Of a stretch of DNA of 64,000 bases, positions 1-13,000 are shown piece by piece. Source of the stretch: Phoronis australis (lineage: Eukaryota; Animalia; Phoronida); NCBI GenBank assembly GCA_002633005.1, contig NMRA01000741.1:1-64000 (forward strand). The letters run 5' to 3'. The position numbers and the translations under genes are program-made. The notes below the pieces were generated by a model. The model was not told the origin of the DNA, did not search any database, and was given only the letters and a program-made list of their open reading frames with translations. Each line of letters opens with the position of its first letter. Position 1 is the stretch's first letter.

Positions 1-805
1 CAACGTATTCCCGTCAGTCTCGGCCGTCCTCGCTGGCCATTCCTCCTCCCCCACAGAGGGCACCACCTCCATCTGCGAGCTCAAAAGGTCAGGTTAATCT
101 TGCACAGCCAGGGTTCCCAAATAGAGGGACAAGTGTGTTAGGACGTGTGTGTCATTTAGCAACAAGTGTTAATTTTGTTTTGATTTTGTGTTTATCTTGA
201 AGAAATTATATTTTTCTGGTCTTCCACAACTGCACAAAATTTACAGCAGAGTTCACAGGCAGTATTTGGTGGATATAACAAATTTGAAAACCAACCCTAT
301 GGACGTAGCCGCCTAGTTTACTTTGATCTCAACTTCGCCCAGTTTTCTGTTGTGAAAGTGTAGACAGCATCGTGCTGATTGTGGATTTCGTGTCTGGGTT
401 TGGTTGGCTCATGTAAAGTTGCATGACTTTACTGAAAGATTCTTTTTACTTATATTTGTGCCTCCGTTGGGTGACTCATTGTAAAAAATTCAACAATTTG
501 TTTTGGAAGAACCAGAATTTGCCCACAAATAGGAGTTGAAACGGGGGTTAGCTTTAAATTTGAGTCTTCCAGCACATTGTCCACATGAACACCTTGACGT
601 TCATTATTTTGTCTAATGGTACGATTGTGTCAAATCATTTCAAATCTATTTCACCATCTGAAGTTTCAAGTATTTGTACATTCAAAAGTGTTGCATAGTT
701 TCAACTGCAAGTTATGTAAATGTTATGTAAATGTTATGTAAATGTTACGTATTTTTTGTTGTAGGTAGTAAGAAAAACGAATATGGAGATGTGTGGGACG
801 ATTAA
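1..805 (+). CDS. OCIAD1: 3' end (last two exons) of an OCIA-domain-containing protein 1 (asrij)-like gene, partial
   Basis: Exon <1-87 (frame from nt 3: TYSRQSRPSSLAIPPPPQRAPPPSASSK, phase-1 donor AAG|GTCAGG) joins exon 765-805 (acceptor ttttttgttgtag|) to give ...GSKKNEYGDVWDD*. This matches the C-terminal NKYGDxWD motif of OCIAD1 as I recall it. The OCIA domain itself lies outside the window. Confidence 0.6.
711..750. repeat. 11-bp tandem repeat (GTTATGTAAAT) x ~3.5
   Basis: Read directly, just upstream of the acceptor at 764. Confidence 0.8.
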
Positions 806-2521
806 CACTAGTTCAAGGTATGTAGCAGTAGTTTGATTTGCCCATAGGTGGCGTAATGATTCTGCTCATAGGAGTTGGCCTCAAACAGACATGTGTATCG
901 GTGACTGATGTCTTGGTTTGATAATCAGGAGGTTTTAGCTGAATTATGGGTAAGTGAGGGGTCAGGGGTCAGGGCGGAAATTGAGTTACAACTGAGAGAG
1001 ATAGAATATTTGAGGTCATCGTGCAACTTCTTGGTCTTTATCTTTTATTGTGCTAACTTAAGGTAAAATTTGTCTTAGCACCATTTCATGATATTTCTTA
1101 AGACCAAAGTTAAGACTTGATATCAGTCTTAGCCAAGACATAAAGTTAGCCTTCTATAGAAGACTTTCATCGCAGACTGTAAACAGTTTTGGAATGCATT
1201 TTGTCAATGTTTTTCAATATGTTTCATGATCTGATGGCTTATGTCAAGTTGGAGATCGTCTGCTTTCAATTTACGAAATAGCAAAGAACAAAAAAGACAA
1301 TGCAGTGCAAGTTACTTCTGGAGCGATACTTTCCAGCTATATCAATCTTTAAGTAAATGGGATAATGGTAAATGGTAAATGCCCATTTAGAATGCGTGTA
1401 CCACGAGTATCCTTAATACTCCATGTCACAACAGATGGCAACAGTGTAGTTAGTATGGCAAAAATGATTTAATTTCTGTCTAGCCTATGATTGAAGACCA
1501 TGACACCTTTTCCAAAATTTTGTCATTGGTCTTAACTTTGGCAAATCTTTGCCTTTAACTCTTAAGTCCTATGTGGCTTTTCATGAAACGAGTCCCAGGT
1601 TATGATCTACTTACAAATAACAATGATGACATAGTTTCCTATAAAAACTGGAAAATTTGTACCTGCTCGTCTACATACAAATTGTTGGACTAAATCACCA
1701 TGTTAACTGAAACATTGCTTAAAAACTGCTTCGTGACTTTTCACAGAGTAATTTTAATTGTTGTATACTAGATGTCTGCTGTCCCTATCTTTAAGGGAAA
1801 CAAAGCCAGGAGAACTCCAGGTACGCCTTCTTCATTTCAATATTTTATTTGGCAAATAACATGGCACTTAATGAAGCAATAAATACCTCAACTTATTACT
1901 AAATGCTTATTGGAATTTCAAATGAGAAACACTTAAATTTTGTATTTGATAAAATTACAATAAAATATTTGCCCTCTTCCTTTCTTCTTCATCTTCAACT
2001 TTTCTTCTTTTGTTTCTGAATTCTTTATTTAACAAATTAGCAAGCATTGTTTCACAAGCTCAAGATTTTTTTCTGTCGTTTTCTTTTGACGTTTGCTCAC
2101 TGTGATTGCTTAGCAACGTTTTTCATCAATTACTTTTAGATTTTGTTTTCCCCTTCCATGACATTACTCCTTTTTGTTGCAAATGGGGCATTTGCTTGAT
2201 CAAGTAATGGCGCACAAAACAAGTTAAACCATGAAAAAGATGTTGTAATAACACATCAGACAAGTGCAAGGCGGAAATTACTATATTCTTCTGGTGCTAT
2301 ATTTCTCTCGCCTTCTCATCTTCCTCTTAAATCATCAAGCGACACACAAATTTCTGACTAGACACATTTCCCTTTCTCTTGTTCTTTTTGTTTATTTTCT
2401 TTAGTGTCCAATAATTCACTACTTAAGTAATTTTATGGACACGATAACATAGAAAGTAAATCTAAAACTAAATAAGGTGATCCAGATACTCCCAAGGATA
2501 CTATTGTTTCACGAAATATAG

Positions 2522-3910
2522 AATATAAATCGGTAAATAAAACAACAAGAACGGATCAACTGAATTTTTCGTTGCTCCTACTTTTGCCAACCTTTTAATG
2601 GGAAATCTTGAAAACAGCTTCATCAAATCCTGCTCTGAAAAACCCCTTCTCTGGCTAAGGTACACTGATGACATTTTTATGATCTGGACCCTTGGCCCAC
2701 AAAAATTAGATATATTTTTAGAAAATATTAACAAATTTCACCCTACTATAAAGTTCACTCATGACATTTCTCAAAATAAAGTCTCATTTTTAGATGTGAC
2801 TGTCATCCTTAGTAATGATAAACTAGAAACTGACTTATTCTGTAATTAAGAAACCGACAAACACCAATATCTGTCATATCACTCGTGTCATCCCTTTCAT
2901 TGCAAGAAAAGCCTTCCATATAGCCTTGCCCTAAGAATTCGACGCATTTGTTCAGAAGAAACTTCCTTTAATAACCGTTTAAAAGAACTCATTTCCCCTT
3001 ACATTGTATACACAAACAGTTTGACAAAGTCCGTTCAATCACATGAAATGAATCTTTAAGAACTAAAACTAAAGGCAATACTACTAATAGAATACCATTC
3101 ATAACTATGTTTAATCCATGTTTAAACGGAATTAGCCACGTCTTCAGGAAACATCTTTACATGCTGCACATTTCCCCTCAAATGAAAAACCTATTTCCTC
3201 ATCCACCTATAATTTCTTGGAGAAAATGTAAAAATCTAAAAAATTATTTAGTTAAAGCCAATATCGACAATATACACCAAACTGACAAACCTATTGGCAA
3301 CACACAATGTAACAAAACTAGGTGTAAAATGTGTAACTTTATCAACGATAGCACTTTTTTCCAGTCTTCTCAAACAAATGAAAACTTTGAAATAAAACAT
3401 TATTCTGATTGCACCACCAACAATATTATTTACCTTATAACTTGTAAAAAATGTTCTATCCAATACGTTGGACAAACTCAACATAATCTACAAACTCGGT
3501 TTCGTAATCATAGATTTAACATAATACATAAAAACATTTCTGATACTATAGGTAATCATTTCAATTCCAAAAACCATAATATTCAAGATCTTTCTGTACA
3601 AATAATAGAAAAACTCCAACACTCCAGTACCCCTCACAGACTCAAAAGAGAACAATATTGGATAGACAAGCTCAATACAATAGAACCTCATGGATTGAAC
3701 ATAAAAATTTCTTAAAGTATTTCATTGAATTTTTTATGCAAAAATGTATCATATTCATTACACCATATCTTAAATGTCATTTGCCGTATAGTGTTTGATT
3801 TTACTTTATTTCTGTTTCTGTTGACAAAGGACGTTATTACATCCGAAAATTTCAGTTGATCCATTCTTGTTGTTTTTGTTTAACTATTTATATGGACACG
3901 ATGACATGTT
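2522..3910 (+). mobile_element. 5'-truncated, decayed Penelope-like retroelement (RT C-terminal half + Zn-finger linker + GIY-YIG endonuclease; Neptune/Naiad-like)
   Basis: RT motifs APTFANLLMG, WLRYTDDIF, FLDV, TDKHQYL..SCHP..K.SLPYS.ALRIRRICS, with a stop, a deletion and a frameshift. ORF 3107-3715 has CNKTRCKMC and IIYLITCKKCSIQYVGQT...REQYWI..L.T..P.GLN (GIY-YIG). 2523-2570 is an inverted copy of 3845-3893 (inverted pseudo-LTR). Confidence 0.93.
3818..3855 (+). ncRNA. minimal type I hammerhead ribozyme (U3-A8 variant) in the Penelope pLTR
   Basis: CTG-TTGACAA-A-GGACG-TTATTA-CATCC-GAAA-AT-TT-CAG: stem I CTG/CAG, core UUGACAA, stem II GGACG/CATCC with one mismatch, GAAA, palindromic AATT, UH cleavage site. 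Confidence 0.65.
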
Positions 3911-4091
3911 TGTCTTGTTATCTACTAATGGTGACCACTATTCTTCCATGTGTCCGTCTGCTTTATGGATCAGCTGATGAACCAGGGAGACGAGATCTCT
4001 CACGCATCTCCCCTCTTATTCATCTTCTTTAACTACAAGAACTACATGCTTGTCTTATCCTTCAGTCTCACAGACATTGAGATCGTTCATG

Positions 4092-7000
4092 TCACGTCTT
4101 TCTGGTACCATTATCCTCAGCTTCGTCATCTATTTCTTGTATAGGTGCCCCAAACACAGAGTTCATCAAACCTCCCCCTTTCTTCTTCTTCACCACTTTC
4201 TGCTCATTCATCACCTTCTTAAACACCTCCTTCATCCTCTGAGCCTTCAGCAGCGACGTCACTCTATCCTTGACCATCACCAGTTGTTGCCCTTCTTTGG
4301 ACTCCATGTCTTTTTTGATGAGCGTTTTGCGTCTCTTGAATTCTTTCTGTCCAGCCATCAGTTCTCTGGAAACACAAAATTCAACATATTAACGAACTTA
4401 GCACACAACATAACATTTCCCCCATCAAGAACGCAAATACGGTTAACAGCAAAAATAGCTGACCATTGTGGAGGGAAAACACTATAATAAAGAATGGCTT
4501 AGTCACGTTACTACTCAGTAGCTTTCCTGTTAATTTCCCTTCATTCTCGTTCATGAGACATTACTGCTGTGACAATGAATTTAGCTTCCATCTAGTTGTC
4601 ATAAGAGGAACTCCCAGGCAATTTGTTTTGTCTGACGACTTTTGACATGTATAGTCACTTATTGTTATGAAATGGACATTTAACATAAGACTAATACCTG
4701 CTGGAGTATTATTGCCTTTACATGGTCATCTTTTTGTTGTTTCTATTATTTATTGATTGCATTGGTTGTTGTCTTTTTCAGTAGTATCATAAGTTTAATG
4801 TTTTTGGTAAACTTGTGCTTACACCATTAGAGGCACTGTTTGTAGGAGTTCATTTTGACCTATGAACAGACCCTTGTAAGCCACTGTAAACAGAATTCAA
4901 TTTATTTTTAACTTCATGAGAGCATTAATTGCACAATTGCTTATTATACTCCCATCATATTGGGAAGGTATTGCCTAAGCAGACATGATGTGTTACTTAA
5001 GCAGACGAGATGTATTACTTAAGCAGACGTGATGTGTTACTTAAGCAGACGAGATGTGTTACTTACCCAAAATCGACTTCTCCGTCACCGTCGTCATCAA
5101 GTTTCTTAATGAGTTTGTCTATAGCCTTGGAACTCATTGGTACATTAACACTCTAAAACATATATTGGAAGAACAGAATTAGCATCCATTGCAATCAATT
5201 TTTATAATTGCTGATGCCTTTCTTCTAGCATGTAAGTTCCACTTCAAGCCGGTGAAGTTAGCGATTTTGAGTTAAAGGCTATATAGGACCTAAGAAAAAT
5301 GTTCAAATTTGGCTTACTTTGGAACGTCATATCTCAGAAACGGGCGATCACATTCGTACGAAACTTTCAGATACAATTCTTTATGCCCTGTTCTCCAAAC
5401 CACTTTTTGAATTTCTGTTTACATTTTCACTTTTTATGGGGGCTATCACAAAATAGAACTTTCTTTTATGATTTTCACAAAAATTAAAGTAGTTTAAAAT
5501 AAAAAAATGATGATGTTTTAGAGAACTGTATTTTTAGCTAAATATGTAGACCTGTCAATCAGTTCCTACAAAACCTGACTGTATGTGACTTTTGTTTCTG
5601 ACTAACACATGAAATTTTCAATATTACCCTTTAGTTTCCACTTTTTAAACAGTTCAAAGGGTGATCGTGTAGTGCTGGGTGTTAATACTATTTACCATTA
5701 GACCTTCCTTAAACTCTTGATGAGTCAGACTCTTGCTCCCATCTCTGTCAATCATAATAAACAGATCAACCAATCGCAACTTCTTCTGCTCCATGCATTC
5801 CATTAAAACCTAGAAAAAACATATCATCGACAAATTGGTATCGTAAAACCTCAATATGTTAAGTCACAATATGATGGACTAGTTTATTTGTTTTCTCATT
5901 TGTCTCAAAGTAAATAACACTAATTAGCTTATTTACATTATGTGCTGTTAGCACCATGCCATCAGATAATGTGTTGAATATTTTCAGACATTCCCAACAA
6001 AATGAAAAATGGCAATTCTAGCTATTACTTTTGTCCAAAATTGGTTTATCAGATTTTCACAGGTTTTAATGTTAAAACGGTATGCTCCAAGACAGGGCCA
6101 GTGACCATGGAGCTTGACTCTGAAATTGACCAATGGCATGGCAGCATGCTTCGGGTAAATTTCTTTGCATAACATTGTTTTGTTTTTACAATGATCATCA
6201 AGTATTTACCCTGTCTTGAATTCCTTTTCTGACCACAATGGAATTTCCGTGTAATCTATACTTCAAATGTCTTTTTTTATTTTTTTACTTGTACTTTCAC
6301 CTTATGTGTCCTCATGCAGTCATTAGAGCCCTCGTGTGGATTTTTGAGAATTATTCTCCAAAATTGTCAAGTTTCTTTGATAACTATTTGTCCAGGAGCT
6401 AATACTGAATTCTGATTCCCCTTGATAGAAACATTCATATGATCAACTAAATGAGAGCATTAGTTACCATCATGGGATCTGCATTGTCAAAGTCATCGCT
6501 GTCTTTTGCATCACCCTGTCTTTGTAGTAATATACCATGCTTGAAGTACAGCTGTCTTTTGTCCCTCACTGCATGTAACAACTGCATTATGGTCAGGTCA
6601 ACTGCCTGGTCCTGGAAAAGTGTTTTGAAAATTATCAAATTTAAACTAAAAATGCCCTTGGTCAGAATTGCAAATCTTATAAAAAATAGTCATATACCGT
6701 ACTTGCTTCTAAACCTCTTATTTCATTTGTTCGTTTGTTCTTGGTTTCCTTTTTGAGTCTATAGTTAATATGTCCTGGAAATGAAAGAACACAACACCAT
6801 TTGCAGCCTCACATTGCATTTCTTGACTGAAAATTTTTTGAAGTCTTTTTCTACATGTGAACAAGCTGCATGCTTTTAGCAACTTGGACGTGCTCAAGAT
6901 TTTGTAAGGAATACATCATGAAAATATAGCAGAAATGTGTCCTTTTGTAGAGGTCAATTTTGAACACCATTTTGTGACACAAAGGTGTGACGACCACAAA

Positions 7001-10000
7001 CATAGCAATTCGGTTACTACAAAGAGAATGTGGAAGGTACACACTGACACACAAAGGCAATATAAGCATAGTTAGCTAGCTCAATAATTGAGTTTGTGTT
7101 TAATACTGATAGGCTTATTGCAAAACTAATTATATAAGCTAACTGTTTTAAAAGTAGGGGCACAAATTTTTACTCTGAAACCGGGGCCATTTTCAACATG
7201 TTTTTTCAATTCATGGAAAAAAATCATGCGAAACCATACTTCACACTTGTGACCTTTTTGATTTTGGATGTTTTTAGTGTGGTGTCGTGTGTGTCGAAAA
7301 GTTGCTCCTAATATACCCATCTCTTCAGAAACCAATTAATTTATCCATAAAAGCTGAACATAGCTTGAAAATAAATTATTGCTTTTTGATGTTGAGCACG
7401 TAATATACCACGGATAAGGTGCTCATGACATGGTCTGAAAATTTCCAGCATCATACGTGGAATGTTTGAAGCTGTTTTAGATACCATCCCGCACTTGAAC
7501 CAATAAAATCAATTGTTGTACCCCTGTCAACCCCTTTCTACATTTCATACTGATAGCGATTTCCACATTTTTCTTTAATCTCGTGTATTCTCTAGTCCTG
7601 TGGGAACCTGAGGCACATATTTTCAATCAAACATGAATTGTGCCTTTCTATTTCTGTTAGAAGAGGAAACAAAGCTAAATAAGCTGAGCACCCACGAGGT
7701 CTGCAGTTAAGACCAAGAATATTGGTGATTCTGCAATACATTACCCTGATGTCCACTTCTATGATTGATGGAGCTCCACCTTGCTCTAACATTTCCAAAA
7801 TGGCCCTAGCACCTGGCATGGTGATTGGGTTACGACCAATCTAAAATTAAAATGAGCTGATGTTATTCAGAGCCATATAAAGTGAGTTGTAAGCAAATGA
7901 GTGTCAAGAACTAAGTAATAATTTTCTTGAAACTTCTGTGTTTGGTGTAGAATGGGAAGGGGGGGGAAGGAGTATTGATGGGCACAAGGGGAATTGATAA
8001 CAACCATTGGAGGTAAAAAGGTCCATCTTTATAAACAAAACAGAATCTTTCAGTCATTGTTAGACTTCAGATCAATTTTTAATGGTGACTTATTTTCTAC
8101 TAACTGACCAACAGGGATTTGTAAACTGACCAATAGAATCTTGAGACTCTCATTAGACTTCAGGCCAGTCAACAGATGCTGTAGACAGCTGTAATCAATC
8201 CTATTGTTTGTCACGTCAAGCTCTGTCATCATGTAGTTAGTGCTTAGTGTCTTGCCAAGCTCCTTGCAGCCGTATTCATACAGTCCGTTCCATGCCAGAT
8301 TGAGCGTGAGTATTCCACTGTGTCTCTGCACAAGGACAACAAAATGTGAATATCCGTAATGTTGCAGTTTGCCCCTGCATTGAAGAAGCACTGAATCCGG
8401 TTTTGCACAGAAGATATCAACCAAAATAAGGTTGTTTGAAGATCATTTAAAGAACCAAATGAACATGCCTTGGTAGTTACCATATACTTTGGGGTCTACA
8501 AATGACATGACCTGTTTCATCATAGTACATTATCCCCATCTGCTGATGGTTTCCTTTACTGTATTTAGCTGATGGCAGTGGCTTGTGGTTCTCAATGCGT
8601 ACTGTCATTTTGCTTATTTTGTCTGCCTTCTTATTAATTTAGCCAAAGTCTTACACTGTCACGTCACCTATTCACTGTACAGTCTCCATCTATTCTCAGC
8701 AACCTTTGAATCATTCAGTGCATCTACGTGAGGAAAATGGCTCACGAAGCTTCTACAGACTCGGCTGACCTCTGCCAGTGTACTGTTATATTTACTTTTA
8801 GTCGCACTGCTCATATCTGTGTCAATAGCAGTTTTTCCATTGGATGAATTACACCTAGCCGCTGCATGCATTGTTTTAAAAACGTTGTTAAGGATTGTTT
8901 TTAAAATATTCCACTTTTACACGAGTGCTATAAAAGTAGGACTATGTATTTTTATTTTCATGGAAAAAACTCAAAAGTTGTATAAAATGGAAACAATATG
9001 ATATTTTAGAAAACTTTAATTACATCATTTTTGAGATCTCATCTGTAACATTTACATCAAATAAAATTGATAAAATTTTACTAAAAAGACATAGTCACAT
9101 GACCCAATTAATGGTAAAAATTATAAATTGAAATTCTTCGGGCTTTCTACATTTGGAAAATATAAACTTTTACTGAATAAAAATGTATAGTTTTGTAGAA
9201 TAATATTTGACTAACTATGCAAACTTGCTACATTGATAGAGTTTAGCTTGGTTACATTTTTCCAGAAAGGTGTGAGCCACTGAGGTGCAGTGCAGATATT
9301 AAAATTTGTGCAAATTTAACTAAGTAACTGTGTTCACCTGTATGCTTGAAGCTATTGCCGCGGCTCCCTTCTGCCTAAGATGGTTCCAGCTGAGATCCAG
9401 ATTCTCTAACGAATCATTTTGTCCTGGATGTGTGAAAAAATGGTTATTCTCCTCTTTTGGAGACAAACATATAAACAGCATTTAGTAATTTTCAACTGGA
9501 TTATATTATAAAACGTGACATCATTCGAATATTCCAGGTCAGACTTACATTGTACAGTCAGGTGTGAGTCTAAAAACCATGCTTTTCCTAAAAACTATTA
9601 TTAGCATTGAATTATAAAAATACCTAATGATTCAAATGTCAAATTTTTATCAGGTAGCAGATGAATCATATTCACACACCAACCACTAAGTAAAATTGTG
9701 TCTTTTCTGTCTTAACCTGGGTTCCCATTGACCTTGATTGTACAAAAAAACTGTATAAATCATTTTCTTGAAAAAATGTTGTTAATAGACCCCAGTATAC
9801 ATGTACATTTTGAAAATGATAAATTGCATAGTGTTCAAAAGGTAAATACCTTTGCCCAAAAATTTCAGTGATGACCAATGAGTTGAATGCTTTAAATAAC
9901 ATTTCATTCACTTACTTAAACCGTCGGCCAGAATTAGACCCCCTTCCTCTCCAAATTTGTTATGGCTCAAGTTTAGGTCTTTGATAGTTGCATTGTTCTG

Positions 10001-13000
10001 CAAAGAGAAGTTGTTTGGTATTGCATGAAATGATTTACATTTAGTGCACTTTATTCATCCAAGTTATTACCAATATTGTTCTCGACACTTACCCTGAAAT
10101 TTCCAAAAACAATTCACTGTTAAGGCTTAATCTCAACAACCAATTTGTATGTCAGAGGCTTCCTTAAAGGTGTCAGGGTCTTTGGCTGAGATTGATTGAC
10201 ATCACCGGCTCTGCTGTGTCAAGCAGCCAAGACATATGATTGGTTCAATATGACAATTTCCGGCCTACAGACCAATCAGATGTTTCAGCTGGATGACCCA
10301 ATGGTACTGCCGAAGTCAATAACGTGTGACTATATATAGTGAACGATCATCTTGTGAAACATAGTATGCAACTCGCTTACCTGTAGATAACAAATAATCA
10401 GCTTCAGTGGTAGTTTGCTGCCGTATTCAGGAGAGAATATACAGTGCAGGTGACATGAAATGTTTCTTTTGTCTCACGAGCATTCTTCTATCATGCTTGT
10501 GTGAAAAAGTGTTGAAGACATTTGCGTGAGCGAATCGTCTGTTCTCTAACATTTTATTTTTAAACGCTAATTCGTTTTCATGACAGTTTTGTCAGTTATT
10601 TGCATATGAAATTAAAGAAACTCCATTGTGTCCCAATCGTATGAAATATTTGATGAACTGATTTTTCTGATATTTTAGATCTAGTTCCGTGGACCAGTTG
10701 TGTTGGAATGCTTTGTCCGTTGCTGTTGTGTGAATGCGGTGCTGTAAACTAAATGAAGACATAGGACAGTATACCTCGATCAAGTTTGCCAAGAATGGGG
10801 CAGCCTGCTCAGTGAACTTGTTTCCTGGAAACAGAAAGGATGAGACATTGATTAATGATATGGTTACGGTTATAGTTTTGTTGGGACTACAGATAAGGCC
10901 AGAAAACATCTAGTTGCTTCTGGTCTGTACATGACAACTTCTTTTAAGACCTGCACTCACCAGTTACAAAAAATAAAAACGCCTGTCCGCATCAATTTCA
11001 CCCGAGGTCTAGTGTTTTTTGAAATGCTTCGCAAGGGCACGTAAGCATGGGTAAGTAAGGTTTGAAATGACGTTATCTGCCAAGCGATGAGTAAAAAGGC
11101 AAATCACAGATCATTATTGCATGCCTTAGGTGGATTTCCTTTTTTTGAAAATATGAGCAACTATAAAAAGTACCACACCACCGACTCAATTTTCAAAACA
11201 AAAAAAAAAAAAAACAGAAACAACTAATATGCTTTTTGGCCTAATTGTTCTTTTGGCTTACGTTAGGGGTATCTTGCCTAGACTTGCATTTTTTATGTGT
11301 TTTATTCGCAGTAAATTCTATTATTTGATAAAATATGTGATCTTAGACCAACCACAGGTGCAGAGATACATGCTTAAAATGCAAGTGAGCCTAGCTCATG
11401 GCATAGCTCACTCTGTGGCTAAATAAACCGGGAGCACTTTGGCTCTTAGAGGGTGAGACAAATATCTCACTTGTTTGATTTCAAGCACAAATCCTCACAG
11501 CATGCAGGTAAGTTGAGTTAAGTGCTTCGACTATTGCCTTCGGTAGCCAATGAACATTGTTTATTGCATCACCTGATAACAATGTCAAATCTCTTGCTCG
11601 CTCATTGTAACCTGAATGTATTACATTTGCTCTGATTATTACATGTCATTGAGCATTTTGTTTCGTTGTTTTCGTACGTGTACATGTATGTGCAAAGCTT
11701 TCACTTGAGGCAGTCAGCTGAGCTTTTCACTCTCTATCTGTGCTCGGTCTTTTTAATCTTTGTATAAAAATGTAAGATGTTTTGAAAGTTAGATAAAAAT
11801 GAGCAGAACTTGATTGATTAGAATTACAACTCTGCATTTTGTTATGTTTGAACATAATAATGTGGATGGCATGAACATGAAATGAAAAGAAACTTTTCTG
11901 CAGTGTCATGTCTGATATAGTGTATCTGTTGTCCCATTTTCTCGCCATTCATAAATATTTGGTTTATTTACTTACCTTCTAAGCTCAAGCTCTTTACGAG
12001 CTTATTTTCTTTAAGTACTTCACATAAGATTTCGGCACCTTTTGTTCCAAGATTGTTCTCTGCAATTGTCTGAAAATGTGTTGAATGACATTAACATAAC
12101 TTAGTTATAAAATTGATACATATTTGGCCCTTAATTTTAAATTTCTGTTTCTTAGATTATACTGTCTTATAAAGTTAAACTGATCAGGAGCTCTAATCTC
12201 TATACTTGAAACTTAATTAAATAACTGACCAATATGCATGGCAAGCTTTGAGTAAACTTTCAAATTTGTACTTAAATAACGCAACATGATTGGTTGAATT
12301 TAGAGTCTGAGTTTTACTTCAGAGATTAGATCTAGGAGCCAGTTGCTCATTTTGTAATTGCATTTGCACAAACCTTATGCTCAAACAATGTACCTATTGT
12401 GTTGGGACATTGTGCTTCAATGGAATGAATTAAATTGTGAGTGAGTGGAGACTAATATCACTTTTAGTAGGACTGCTTCTAGACAGTTAAAGTTACATTT
12501 CGCCCTGTGTAGCTGGCTAAAAAAGGAAAATCAAGTCTGACTTTTCACTCACATAAAATCGGTCTCATAACATCCTTAACCAATAGGATTCTATTTTCGT
12601 TGTCCACTATGTTCACAAATCCCCAATACAGTTTGAGGCGTTTTCTCGAGTAACGTTGATGGTTTCAATGTTGCTGTTGGTAACGGATATATTATCCTAT
12701 CGAGGTAAGGAATATTATGAGATCAGTTTTAGTAGAGTAAAAAGTCTAATCCGATTTTTGTTGAGCCTGCATAACAGGGTGAAATGAAAATTTAAAACAT
12801 AATTGTGATAAATATGGTTTCACTCAAAATTTCCACACCCAACAGCCACACCCTTCACAGCTGGGGATCGTTATTGAATTATCGCATTCACCCGTGATTG
12901 TGTTCTTAGAGTATATCAAATAAACACAAAAAATCAGGAACCCCAACTGGGAATCGAACCACAGGTCTCTAGATTGCCGGTTTAGTACTCTCACGTCTGA

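Noticed and set aside
3043-3045. In-frame TGA in the Penelope ORF as possible selenocysteine (reported for some Naiad elements)
   Set aside because: It does not lie in a Cys motif and is best explained as CGA>TGA decay in a copy that also has a TAA stop and a frameshift.
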